From assembly GCA_002269645.1 (NCBI GenBank), contig NIVC01003539.1:1-64000 (forward strand): 64,000 nt of DNA, written 5' to 3'. The stretch's first letter is position 1; every line of letters begins with the position of its first letter. Below are positions 42,588-56,259 of the stretch, one piece after another. The notes beneath the pieces were generated by a model. It made no database searches, was not told the origin of the DNA, and worked only from the letters and a program-made list of their open reading frames with translations. The translations under genes were made by a program, and so were the position numbers. This DNA is from Macrostomum lignano. Its lineage: Eukaryota.

Positions 42588-43690
42588 TCAATCATTTATC
42601 TGATTTTGCGCAGACCGGCAGAGGCAGCGAATTCTGCGACTGGCCAACAGGCCGCCCGGCCCGGCGCCAACATGGTTGAGCTTGTCGCGCAGAGACTGCC
42701 TGGCAGATCTGGCCAGCTCTTGGCCGGCTTTGTAGTTGCCGCGGGCCTTCTCAACAACGTTGGGAAACATCTGGCTGAGCACGTGCATGAAGCCGCGGTT
42801 CGTGTCCTCCACCCGCTTGGCGTAGCTGCTAATGAAGAAATTGTTTGCCTTGCGCTGGAGCCAGTCTGACACGCGGACAGTGTGCCGGATGCGGACGGTT
42901 TTCAGCACCTGGCGCAGGTGGAGTGGGACAGACAAATAAAGCTTATGACTGAATTTATTGAGAAACGGTGTGCGATAAGCAGAGTGTAAAGGGGGTGGGT
43001 CAGAGGATCGGGGGTGGGTGATAAGCAGAGTGTAAAGGGGTGGGTCAGAGGATCGGGGGTGGGTGATAAGCAGAGTGTACATATGGCTGGGGCAGGGGAT
43101 TGTGGGGTGGGTGATAAGCAGAGTGTACATATGGCTGGGGCAGGGGATTGGGGTGGGTGATAAGCAGAGTGTACATGGGGCTGGGGCAGGGGATTGTGGG
43201 GTGGGTGATAAGCAGAGTGTACATATGGCTGGGGCAGGGAATTTGGGGGTATTTGATAAGCCAAGTGTACATGGGGCTGGGTCAGGAGATTGTGGGGTGG
43301 GTGGATGGACATAGAGCTCACCCGAGTCTCATCCCCACACGGAGTGTAGTGCACGGTCTCGGTGAAAACGCCCAGCCGAGTGAGCAGTCCGATATTCCTT
43401 GTGGTTGTGACAATAGACTTGGCAGCCGGATCGATAACCGAGTCTTCAACAATGTACTCGCACATGCTGGTCAGGGATTTCAAATACCAGGGCAGCGCGC
43501 CGGGGGATCTCTGTTTAACTAACAGTCGGCGGGTGTGCAAACAGCCGTCCACAATGCGCCTGTCGACAACGTCCTCTGCGACAATATGCTTAGCGTAGGG
43601 ATTAGGATAGCGCCGCCAAAACGCCAGACAGACCCGTTCCCAGCTGAATGGCAGGCGCTGCGTCACTGATAGATGGCCGCTGTCCGCCAT
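42588..43690 (-). CDS. PRELID1: PRELI/MSF1-domain mitochondrial lipid-transfer protein (PRELID1/Ups1-like)
   Basis: Exons 43690-43322 and 42908-42588, phase 0. WERVCLAFWRRYPNPYAKHIVAEDVVDRRI, YIVEDSVIDP and TTTRNI match the PRELI-domain consensus. The exact paralog is uncertain. Confidence 0.85.
42975..43300. repeat. ~48-bp tandem repeat, PRELID1 intron
   Basis: (ataagcagagtgtacatatggctggggcaggggattgtggggtgggtg)n. Confidence 0.88.
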
Positions 43691-43819
43691 GCTTAGACAG
43701 GGCAGTCGCCTCTCACTGCAATGCAATAATTAGGGTTTGTGACGGCAGTAAAGTTTAACCCAAATCCATTGTTTTGCAAAATATACTCCTAATCTACCTT
43801 AATCCTATCCCCTCCAATA

Positions 43820-44280
43820 TACACACCACACTCTTTAACCACCTCAACACCCCCAATGTACACCACACTGCTTAACCGACTAAAACTGCCCCCGATGTAC
43901 ACACCACACTGCTTAACCGACTCAAAACTGCACCCAATGTACACACCACACTCCTTAACCGACTCAAAGCTGCCCCCAATGTACACCACACTCCTTAACC
44001 GCCTCAACACTTCTCTAATGTACACACCACACTCCTTAACCGCCTCAACACCCCTAATGTACACACCACACTCCTTAACCGACTCAAAACTGCCTCCAAT
44101 GTACACCACACTCCTTAACAGACTCAAAACTGCCTCCAATGTACACCACACTCCTTAACCGACTCAAAACTGCCTCCAATGTACACCACACTAATTAACC
44201 GACTCAAAACTGCCTCCAATGTACACCACACTAATTAACCGACTCAAAACTGCCTCCAATGTACACCACACTCCTAAACC
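43820..44280. repeat. ~40-bp tandem repeat (aatgtacaccacactccttaaccgactcaaaactgcctcc)n
   Basis: Directly visible, upstream of PRELID1. Confidence 0.9.
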
Positions 44281-44934
44281 GCCTTTACTCTAATAGTGCA
44301 AATGTATGATACTGCAATCAGACACTAGAACTAGAACCAACTGTTTAGAAGAGTAAATAAGTAAAGCAAAACAGTGTTACATATCTCACAAAATAGGATA
44401 AAATTTCTTTCACCGAGAGCGATTGTGCAGACATGAATAGTACACAATGCACTTTCTGTTTGAAAATAGCAAACTAATTAAATCATGCGACTAAAATTAA
44501 AAGCCACAATTAGGTTGACAAATTCTAATTGGGCAAGCGCTTTAATAATATTTGACAGGCCAATAAGCTACTTGAACAATAATTTGATACTTGCTTAAAA
44601 TTATGAATATACGAGCGTAAAATCACAGTGGCTGAAACTACTTTCAATTTGGAATAAAATATGTTATCAATAGTTGCAAAAAGTCTTTCCCATGACAAAA
44701 TATCGAAAAAAAACTTTTTGCTATTGTCAATGGTCGCCCTTCAAATGGTTTCGAAGCTAAAGAAAAACTGCATTGCTTTAAAAACAGGGAATGAAAACAC
44801 ATTAGCATAATTCGTAAGTTATTATTAAAGTAAATTGCACGTAAATTGCACGCACTAACCTAATCAGGAAAGCCGAATAGTCGATATTTTATCAGACACA
44901 AGAAACAAGGGTAAGCCGCGACAGGCGAGGGTTT

Positions 44935-45900
44935 GCCGGGAGCGAGTGTACGCTGGGGATAGAGTGGAGTGAAATTGATGGGTGGGAGCGAGAGTACACT
45001 GGGATAGAGTAAAGTGAAATTGAGGGGTGGGAGCGAGTGTACACTAGGGATAGAGTAAAGTGAAATTGAGGGTGGGAGCGAGTGTACACTAGGGGATAGA
45101 GTGAAGTGAAATTGAGGGTGGGAGCAAGTGCACGCTGACGATAGAGTGGAGTGAAATTGAGGGTTGGAGCGACTGTATGCTGGGGATAGGTAAAATTGAG
45201 GGGTTGGAGCGAGTGTACACTGGGGATAGAGTGGCGTGAAATTGAGGGGTTGGAGCGAGTGTACACTGGGGATAGAGTGGGGTGAAATTGAGGGGTTGGA
45301 GCGAGTGTACACTGGGGATAGAGTGGCGTGAAATTGAGGGGTTGGAGCGAGTGTACACTGGGGATAGAGTAAAGTGAAATTGAGGGGTTGGAGCGACTGT
45401 ACGCTGGGGATAGAGTAAAGTGAAATTGAGGGGTTGGAGCGAGTGTACACTGGGGATAGAGTGGGGTGAAATTGAGGGGTTGGAGCGAGTGTACACTGGG
45501 GATAGAGTGGCGTGAAATTGAGGGGTTGGAGCGAGAGTACGCTGGGGATAGAGTGGGGTGAAATTGAGGGGTTGGAGCGAGTGTACACTGGGGATAGAGT
45601 GGGGTGAAATTGAGGGGTTGGAGCGAGTGTACACTGAGGATAGAGTGGCGTGAAATAGCGACTGTACGCTGGGGATAGAGTAAAGTGAAATTGAGGGGTG
45701 GAGCGAGAGTACACTGGGGATAGAGTGGGGTGAAATTGAGGGGTTGGAGCGAGTGTACACTGGGGATAGAGTGGGGTGAAATTGAGGGGTTGGAGCGAGT
45801 GTACACTGGGGATAGAGTGGGGTGAAATTGAGGGGTTGGAGCGAGTGTACACTGAGGATAGAGTGAAGGAAATTGAGGGGTACACTGCGAAAGGGTACAC
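44935..45900. repeat. 46-bp minisatellite (gagcgagtgtacactggggatagagtggggtgaaattgaggggttg)n
   Basis: About 21 units. Confidence 0.95.
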
Positions 45901-46404
45901 AAACAATGTAGTGAAGAAAATGAAAACTAGATTCTTGCAGAGGCCTTAGACTTCAGTTAGGATTTCATGGCAATTATTAAGTAGCGGTTAAATGGTTAAA
46001 TGAGTTGTTGAAAGATTCGATATAATTTTAAAAGTAAAAGTTGACTATGCTATTTTTTCAAAATCGAACATAGCCGAACAAAAAGCATAATAAATGTTTA
46101 TCAAATTTGCGGAAAAAATAAAACTAATTATCAATAAATTTGGCAGATACAATCAGGGTAAGTGAAACACGTGTCATCTTTGCATTTTCTTCAAATTCTG
46201 CGCAACAAAAAATCATAACTAAGTAGCGAATTAAATAGCTACACGTCGCAATTACAAATACAAAGCGAGGAGAAAAAACAGGCATTACAATTAGACGCAA
46301 AGCGAACCAGTTGAAAGTCCCATCTTTCGACAGGTAAAAAACGACAGTTTAAAAATCCTCATTGAAAGGAAAGCACAGCAGACTAAGGCCCAGCCGCCGC
46401 CAGT

Positions 46405-49400
46405 TCACAGCGATCCCCGAATCAGGTTGCCATCATCGAAGCTGAACTGCACCGCCTTCTTGCCGCCTTCAGCCACGGCAGCGACAGCCGCCGACGTGGC
46501 CGCGGTGGCCAGACGAACGCCGCCGACTCGGCGACGCCGCCTAACCGAGGAACCGGCACGGCGGGGCACGTCGACGCCCAACTGATCGTCGCCCGATTCG
46601 TCATCGGCGGCGCCGGCATCCATGTCGTCGTCAACGCCGCCGAATAGCTCGGGATCGCTAAAGTGCTGCGGCTCATCCTGCAACGCACCGTCGCCACCGA
46701 CACCGCTGCCGATGATGCCGTTGTCGACAGCGTCGTTCTGCTGGCTGCCAGCCGGTATTTTATCGCCATTTTCACCGACATTATCGTCGTAATCTTCGTC
46801 GGAGTTGCTCGTCGAACTGCTGGAATCGTCGTCAAGGCAACCGTCCGACCACACTACCGGGCTTCTCCGTCCGAGTCGTTTAGCGCCAGCCGGGCACCTC
46901 GGCCGCCGCTGCCGCCTCCGCCGCCGCCAGCGGGGTTGTCAATGCGGCAGAGCATCTCGGCCAGGTCGGTGAAGCGCAGAGAAGGCGGCGCCTGCTCCTC
47001 CGGCGCGGTGGCGGCCACGGCTGCGGCGGCGGCCGCTGCGGCGGTGGCAGCAGCATTGGGATTGGTTGAGGATGCCAGGGATCGGACTGTTGGCGGCTGA
47101 TCTGCAATGGCCGAAGTCGGGATGTTCGGTAATTCGGGAGGATGTTCGGGAGGTTGCAGGTAACACAGGTAGAATAGGAAAGAATTTACTCGCCAAAAAG
47201 TCATCAAAAAGTCGCCTAAGATTAAATTTCAAGGGTTTTTATTGTGTGCGACTCTGAAACAACTCCGGGGACCGTAGACTCGTGTCTGGAGTCGCTAAAG
47301 AATCGCTGAGTTGCGTCTAAAGCGCATCTGCGTCACTTTAATGAATCAGAATCGCATTTCAGATTTTTAACAACTCAATGGTAGAAAGTTGAGCGCTAAT
47401 ACGACTTTTGGACGACTTTTTAGGCACTCTTACGATTCTGCAACTCACACGATGCCCTAGTGACTCAACAGTCGCCTCTCAGTCGCATTGCAGTCGCCCA
47501 TCCTCGCATATATTTGCCCACACCAATCATTAGCAATCTGAAGTTACCAACAAGCCGCACAAAAGGTTGAAAAGAACACATTACCAGTCAGAGTAGCCAC
47601 AAACTTGGGGCCTGTTGCAATGCTTGCTTGCTCCCAAGGTACAGCTTGTGTTAAGCACAATATCATGAAAACTCACCTGTCGTTTAAACACCGGCAGCTT
47701 TTTAGATCGGCTCCACTTGGTAATGGCGTCCAATGCGTAGCGATAGCCGACCTGGTAGATTTCTTCAAACGAGCCGAATTGCAGAGTGGCGTATCGTTCA
47801 ATTGGCGGCCGCAGGTATTCGCACAGGCCGTCAGATTTCACGCGCTCCAATTGGCGAACGCAGGACACGTACGCCAGACGGGACTGGATCTCGGTCAGGT
47901 TCGGCACGTTCACCTGATTGGGCGAAGTGATGCATTACACAACCTGATTGCGAAACTTAGCTAAGACAATGGAACAACTGCTGTCCTAAATAAGCTAATT
48001 GAGCTCCAGTGTGACATAGATAAGCTAATTGAGCTCCAGTACAGGTAAGCTAATAGAGCTCCAGTACAGGTAAGCTAACTGAGCTCCAGTGTGACATAGA
48101 TAAGCTAATTGAGCTCCAGTACAGGTAAGCTAATAGAGCTCCAGTACAGGTAAGCTAACTGAGCTCCAGTGTGACATAGATAAGCTAATTGAGCTCCAGT
48201 ACAGGTAAGCTAACTGAGCTCCAGTGTGACATAGATAAGCTAATTGAGCTCCAGTACAGGTAAGCTAATTGAGCTTCAGTGTAACACAGGTAAGCTAATT
48301 GAGCTCCAGTGTCACACAGGCAAGCTAATTGAGCTCCAGTATCATACAGGTAAGCTAATTGAGCTCCAGTGTCACACAGGTAAGCTAATTGAGCTCCAGT
48401 GTCACACAGGCAAGCTAATTGAGCTCCAGTGTCACACAGGCAAGCTAATTGAGCTCCAGTATCATACAGGTAAGCTAATTGAGCTCCAGTGTCACACAGG
48501 TAAGCTAATTGAGCTTCAGTGTCACACAGGCAAGCTAATTGAGCTCCAGTATCATACAGGTAAGCTAATTGAGCTCCAGTGTCACACAGGTAAGCTAATT
48601 GAGCTCCAGTGTCACACAGTCAAGCTAATTGAGCTCCAGTGTCATATAGATAAGCTAATTAAGCTCCAGTGTCATATAGATAAGCTAATTAAGCTCCAGT
48701 GTCATATAGATAAGCTAATTGAGCTCCAGTGTCACACAGATAAGCCAATCAAGCGGGTGTCACGGGTGAGCTAATTAAACAACAGTCGCATATAGCCATG
48801 CATCAAACTAAATAGACGGAGAAGGTCGCACCTTGGCGGCAAACGGATTAATCCGCTTGTACAGCAGCCACCAGCCGGACAGCTCGTCTCCATAATTAGT
48901 CAAATTAGTCTCATCCTGCGACCCGACATCCACAGCGAAGATAGTAGACGGGGCAAACTTAGTTTTCATCACATCGGCCGGCAGGTTGTTGACGTAGCCG
49001 CCGTCTAGGAGCAAGTTGCCGCTGGCCGGGTCGCACAGGGGCGGCAGGTAGCCGCTCAGAGACATGCTGGCTCGAACGTAGCGCCACAACGAGCCGCTGG
49101 TGTGAACTCGCATCTGCGATTTAGTAATATCAGTAGTGATGCAGAAATATGGCAGCCACAGGTCCTCGATGCAACGATCGCCAAACACAGATTCGATGCC
49201 GCGGTTGAATGCCCGGCCAGTGAACATTGCAGTCTGAGGATAGGTGAGATCCACCAGCTTGTTCCACAGCGAGCTCATCTCTTTAGAGAACTGCCGAGCC
49301 CTGGCTTCGAAGCCTTCTAGACGGGTCTCCTCAGCCCACAGGGCGCCCATGAACGAGCCGATGCTGGTGCCGCCAACCATGTCGATGGGATGCCGTGCTC

Positions 49401-51228
49401 AGTGAGTGCGCGCACAATGCCAACGTGAGCGATGCCTCTGGCGCCGCCGCCGCCCAGTACCAGGCCTACCGCTGTGTTGGTGACCACTCGGGCCAGACGG
49501 GAAATGTCCGACATCGGGTCTGGCGGCTCGGCGAATACGCGTCTGCGGAGGCGAGATTGCTGCTCATTGTTGGGGCTGATCAGAATCATGAGCAAATGGC
49601 ATTTTGGGGGCAGAGGCTGGGGTAGTTGATGTACATTTGTGGGCAGAGACTGGGGTAGGTGTTAATACATTTGGGGGCAGAGGATGGGGTAGGGGTTAAT
49701 GCACATTTGGGGGCAGAGGCTGGGGTAGGGGTTAATGTACATTTGGGGGCAGAGGCTGGGGTAGGGGTTAATGTACATTTGGGGGCAGAGGCTGGAGTAG
49801 GGGTTAATGTACATTTGGGGCAGAGGCAGGGGTAGTTAATGTACATTTGGGGCAGAGGCTGGGGTAGGGGTCAATGTACATTTGGGGGCAGAGGCTGGGG
49901 TAGGGGTCAATGTACATTTGGGGGCAGAGGCTGGGGTAGTTAATGTACATTTGGGGCAGAGGCTAGGTAGGAGTAAGTGTACACCCGGGGTAGGAGTTCA
50001 AGGAAAGGAAAGGCGGTAGAGTCGCATCTTAGTCGCCCCCCCCCCCAGAAGGCAAACTCAGAGCAAACCGAGAACAGCAATGTAGACAAGGCGATCACCT
50101 GTAAACCTCGAGCAGCCGGCTGGAGCTGGCACAGGCTCCGGCGCCGCGCCTACGGCTAAACATTCGACGCGGGGCGCGCACGTGCAGGTGCTGTTGAATC
50201 ACCAGACGATTGTCACCGAGGGGCTCGGAGGCGCGACTTAAAAACTCGCCAGTTTTTCCTGCAGTGGGCGCGTCGTTATGTCAATGTCTCAATGATCCGT
50301 TCATTAAAATGCACTACTGACTGTCTGTCTGCCTGTCTATCTATTTAGGTCAAAAAGTCCACTGTGACTGCAGGAATGTGGTGTATGCCATTATGTGCAA
50401 GACTTGCAATGACCGCTGTATCTACGTAGGTGAGAGAGGAGGCGCTCTTAAAGTCAGACTTTAAGCTCACCTGAGCGACATCAGACTGGCTAAGGACACC
50501 CCAATCTCCAGACACTTTCGGTCACCAAACCACAGTATTCACGACCTCCGCTTTATGGGTCTGTGGTACCTCAGTACTGAGTGCCTGGCCACTAAAGAGG
50601 GCGCTCAACGCAGGCGAGGAATATGGAGCAGAAGCTCATCGCTTTACTACAGACTCAGACTCCGGCAGGTTTAAACACCGTCATCATTGAAAAAGACGCC
50701 TGCATCCCAATAGTGATCTGTTTCACGGACCACTCTGGGCGAGTTGTTCATCAAATTCGCACGGCCATTTCGAACCACGCTGCAGAGCTGGATACAGTGG
50801 CTGCCTATACTCGCTCTCGCTCATTAAAGGACATTCTATGTCCATCCAATCTGCCCGCCGGAACTAATGGTCAGTCTCGAAACTCAAACCTCTTTTCTGA
50901 TGAGCACTAGATGTACAGGTGTACACACGCATTGCAACGTAACGCTCCAACCATATTGATCATTTTATTTTACACGTGGTTTTTTATATACTCACTATAA
51001 ATACTCAACTCTGTTTTAATTTACCCACTTTCACTGATTTTTATTTACAATATACCCTGACGAAGACCCGGTTCGGGTCGAAAATTTGTTTTTTTTCTTG
51101 GAATTTAATTGGAGAAATTGTGACTTTGCTTCAACTGTATGCGTGGTTTCCTTTCGCCTTATCTATTTATCTATCTATCTATCTATCTATCTATCCATCT
51201 ATCTATCTATCTACAGTGTATCTATCCA

Positions 51229-51267
<39 letters not shown>

Positions 51268-54200
51268 GTCTGCCCGCCAGTCTCACCAGGCGTGGGATAG
51301 AGCGTGCTCTCCTTATGCAGCAGAATGAGCATGTTGAGCACTCGGCAAGAATCGGGCAGCACTACCTGCCGCACGTGATCCATAGTTTCAACTCTATCGC
51401 TGGCCAGGGCCACAATTAGCACACAATCGGCCTGCCGAATGCACCGCTTAGTCCAGGCGGTCTTGTCCAGGTCGCAGAGGTACAGCAGCAACCGGTGATC
51501 GTCCTCCTGCTGAGCCAGCCAGCTGGTGACCCGGTACTCCTGGTCGCGATCGAATGCTCTGCGACCGAATCGTTTGAGCATGATGCGGGAGTTGAGGCGC
51601 AGACTGGCCCCGATGGTTGACATGGCGTGCTGCAGCTCCAGGGAGAATGCTTCTAGGGGCACCTGGGGAGAATTGCAGATGAGAAATTTGAATGATTGAA
51701 TCGGTATCGAAATAACCTCACTCATTCAGCAGCCTCTCAAATAGCTTGGCTTCCATAGCTACCTCACTCATTCAGCAGCCTCTCAACCAGCTTGGCTTCC
51801 ATAGCTACCTCACTCACTCAGCAGCCTCTCAATCAGCTTGGATTCCATAGCTATCTCACTCACTCAGCAGCCTCTCAATCAGCTTGGCTTCCATAGCTAC
51901 CTCACTCATTCAGCAGCCTCTCAACTACTAGCTTGGATTCCATAGCTACCTCACTCATTCAGCAGCCTCTCAACTACTAGCTTGGATTCCATAGCTACCT
52001 CACTCATTCAGCAGCCTCTCAACCAGCTTGGCTTCCATAGCTACCTCACTCATTCAGCAGCCTCTCAACCAGCTTGGATTCCATAGCTACCTCACTCATT
52101 CAGCAGCCTCTCAACTACTAGCTTGGATTCCATAGCTACCTCACTCATTCAGCAGCCTCTCAACCAGCTTGGCTTCCATAGCTACCTCACTCATTCAGCA
52201 GCCTCTCAAATAGCTTTGATTTTATAGCTACCTCACTCATTCAGCAGCCTCTCAAATAGCTTGAGCTATTTACCTTAGTGCTAGCTGGGAACAGGGCCAC
52301 AGAACGCAGGTTGGACATTGGCAAACGGTACAGCTCGAACTCTCGCCCAGTCCTAGACTCAGGATTGTCAACAATATTGCCAAGAAGCCATTGCGACACC
52401 AGAGTGGTGAGTCGGGTCACTATATACGGATGACGCCGCTTGATGTTGTCCAGCAGGTCAACCGGGATGGCGGCCAGTTCGCTGTCCCGTACGGCCAGCA
52501 CGGTGGTGGCTCTGGGCCTGGCGGTGAACACTTCTAAGAAACCAACCAGATCGCCCCTGCCCAGCTCGGCTGTGAGCTCCTTGTGACCCTGAGGAGTTGT
52601 GTGTGCCTGGCGAAGGCGGCCGTGCAACAGCAAGTAGACAGCGTTGGCGATGTCGCCCTGCAAGGCGGAGAATAGCCAGATAGCAGTTGTGTACTTTTAA
52701 ATAGACTGGACTTCAGCTTAGATAATAGTTATTAGCTGAATACTAACCGCAATCAACTCTGCTTAACTTGGAGGTGCTAACTCGTGTCTAGAGTCGGCTG
52801 TAGAATCACTGAGTTGCGTCTAACTAAAGCACATCTGCGTCGCTTAATGAAGAAGAATCGCATTTCACATTTATAGCAACTCTATTTAGTCTACTTGAGT
52901 AAGTAGAAAGTTAAGCGCTAGCACAACGACTCTTAAACGACTTTTTCTACGGTCTTAAAGCTCACGTGATGCCCTAGTGACTCAACAATCGCCTCTCAGT
53001 CGCATTGCAGTCGTTTGAGTCAGTCAAAAAAGTCACAAGAGCCGGCCCAGAGTTGCCTGAGTCACTACTGAGCTGTTTTCAACGGGATATGCTTTTACAC
53101 TACTGTCAGTAGTTTTAGCCAGGGAAAATATTTCTGGTAGGGCTAGATCGCAAATTTTGGGCTTCCTTATAATTATCGAGCAGTTGAAGCTCTGGGTAAA
53201 GAAAAGTTGCCAGTCTTGGAACTTTGTAAGCCGAACTAAGGCAGTTAGAAGAAGTAAGGTAAGACTGGTGAAAAGGCTAGGGAATGCGTAAAACTGTTAA
53301 GGGTAGTCTATGCCTAATTTATATTGCACAACTAAGAGTTAACTATTGTAAGAACTATTGCATGCTTAAATCCTACATTTTTTCCGTTTTACATCTTTGG
53401 GTGTCCTGACTCAATTCTTTGATCTCTAAGTATCTAGGATTAGAGAAATCACGAGCCTGGTAGAAGCAATCTACCAAAACTCAAACCAGTTATAATCCAT
53501 TAAGCATAACAATAACAAGCAGTAGCCTAAGCCGCAAACCACACTTTTCCATAAATATTTCCAAGAGCCTAACCTGCTTATAGAGCGGCTTGCCAGACTC
53601 CAGGCAGAGCCAGTCCAGCACAAAGTCCACCTGTCTGAGAAACGGCGACAGTCGTCTAACAATTAAACTGGCCAGCGGCAGCACCAGACTGGGCTGGGCC
53701 CGCATCAGGGCGTAGAAATTCCGGCTGCTGATGGCGGCCACGCAGGCGTCGGCTTCGCAGCGGACGGTGAAGAGCGACGCCTCGCCAGTGAGAATAGCGA
53801 TCATGCCGCAGAGCTCGCCAGGACCGGCCGAGTAGAGCAGTCTGGAGCCCTGGTAGCCCTGGAGCGCGGGATGAAAAATCATATGGAAGGCTAGCAGGGG
53901 TCAGTGGCAACGTGATTCAAGGGGTCAACAGGGTTCAATGATAGATGGAGTAACGGAGTTCAATGGGAAACGCTGATCAATTGGTTATGGGTAATGGTAA
54001 TGGGCTCAATGGAACAAAAGGAGCTAAGGGGTTAACGGGGGTCGAAGACAAAAAAGGTCAAAGGGATAACGGGGGTTAAGGGGACAAAGGAGCCAAGGAT
54101 TTAACGGGGGTCCAAGACAAAGAAGGTCAAGGGGGGTAACGGGGGTCAAGGGGGACAAAAAGGGTCAAAGGGGTAAGAGGTCAAGAGGACAAGAGGTCAA

Positions 54201-55772
54201 GGGGGTAGGGGTCAAAGACGTCCCGTTCATGGGCTCATGGGTAACGTCAGTCAAGCAATGCTCAAGAAAGGATGACTCTGATAGGGAGAGCGAATGCTGA
54301 GGTCACTCATAATCACAAATGTAATTGAGACCCGTGTCCAGACAGTTCGCAGAGGAACAGCCCACCTGCTGCGTCACAGCCAGCCTGCCAGTGACAACAT
54401 AGAACAGCGTAGGCAAATGCTCGCCCTGCTTGGCCAGCTTGGCACCGGCGTGCACATTCGCCAGGCTGACCCGACCGTCCAGCAGGCTGGCATCGGACAG
54501 GCCAAACAGCTCGGCTAGGTCAGCCTGGGCAGCGGACAGCAGCTGCTCCTGACGGGCCGCCTCCGAGTCTTCTGGGCCTGCGAAAATAAAAAAACAGTTG
54601 GGTAATTGACTGTCTATGGACACACCCGGTTCCGACACTGCCCACAAACTCGACATTCCAAAACTAGCTTTCGACACACGACACTCCGACATTATCCGAC
54701 ACACTCAACATTTCGACATTCCGACAAAATCTATCGGCACATTCGACATGATCAATCGACACACAAAACAATCCGACACTCGACATTCCGACACTATCCA
54801 TCGACACTCGAGATTCCGACATTATCCATCGACACTCGACATACCGACGCTATACATCGACACTCGACATACCGACACTATCCATGGACACACTCGACAT
54901 TCCTACACTATCCATGGACACACTGATTCTGATTCTGATCCCCGCGCAACAAATGTAGATGAGGGAAATCCTTACCATCCTGATCCTGTCGCGGTCTTCG
55001 CTGCTTCCGAAGTCGTTGAAAAGTGACAGGCGTGCCATCACGTCCGGCTCGCTGCTGCTGCTGCTGCTGATGCCGCAGGCGGTGCTGGTGATGCCCGACT
55101 CCGCCGCCACCGCTGCCAACAATGCGCGGCGCCTCGCCCATAGCCAGCAGTGACCGGTCGCCCGAGCTTGCTCCGGCGCCGCCCTTTCCGTTGCCGTCCA
55201 ATTCGCTGTCGGAGTCCTCGCTATCCTCGCTAGTGAAGATGACACCCGGTCGGCCTTCGGTTCTATCCAAGTTTGTCGACGAAGCGCTGGCGGTCCGTCG
55301 GTGATGCTTCGACGTCCAGCGTCGGTCGTTGCGCCGCCTCCGCATGGCGGTCTCCTCGGCGGCGTCGAAGTCGGTGGGATCGCCTCGATCTGCCAGGCCC
55401 GAGTCGGAGCCGGCGGAATCCGCTGAGGCGGCGGTGGCAGACGGCGACTTCGACCGGGAGCGGCGGAACACCCGGATGGGAATGGCTGCCGACGGTGTGG
55501 GCGTCAGGACCGGTGGCGGCTTTGATGCCATCGGCACCGGCTGGGGCGCTGGAGTGCTGGAGCCGGGGGGGACGCCGGTTGCCGCTGCAGCCGAGGAGGC
55601 CAGGCTCAGCACCCGACAGCCGGATGGCGCATGGGAGTCTGAGCTGACCAGCTCGCTAGTGAGTCCTAGGTAGCCGTTAAGCGCCTGTTTTGTGCAAGTT
55701 ATACAGGCTGTAATAAGATACGGATGGCAGACAGACAGACCGACACAAAGACAGAGACACACAGACACAGAC

Positions 55773-55835
<63 letters not shown>

Positions 55836-55860
55836 CACAGACAGACAGACAGACAGACAG

Positions 55861-55894
<34 letters not shown>

Positions 55895-55904
55895 AGAGAG
55901 ACAC

Positions 55905-55951
<47 letters not shown>

Positions 55952-56000
55952 CACAGACAGACACACAGACAGACACACAGACAGACAGACAGACAGACAC

Positions 56001-56066
<66 letters not shown>

Positions 56067-56076
56067 AGAGAGACAC

Positions 56077-56155
<79 letters not shown>

Positions 56156-56200
56156 CACAGACAGACACACAGACACACAGACAGACACACAGACAGACAC

Positions 56201-56259
<59 letters not shown>

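Noticed and set aside
44860-45906. 336-348 aa ORFs
   Set aside because: 46-bp minisatellite translations.
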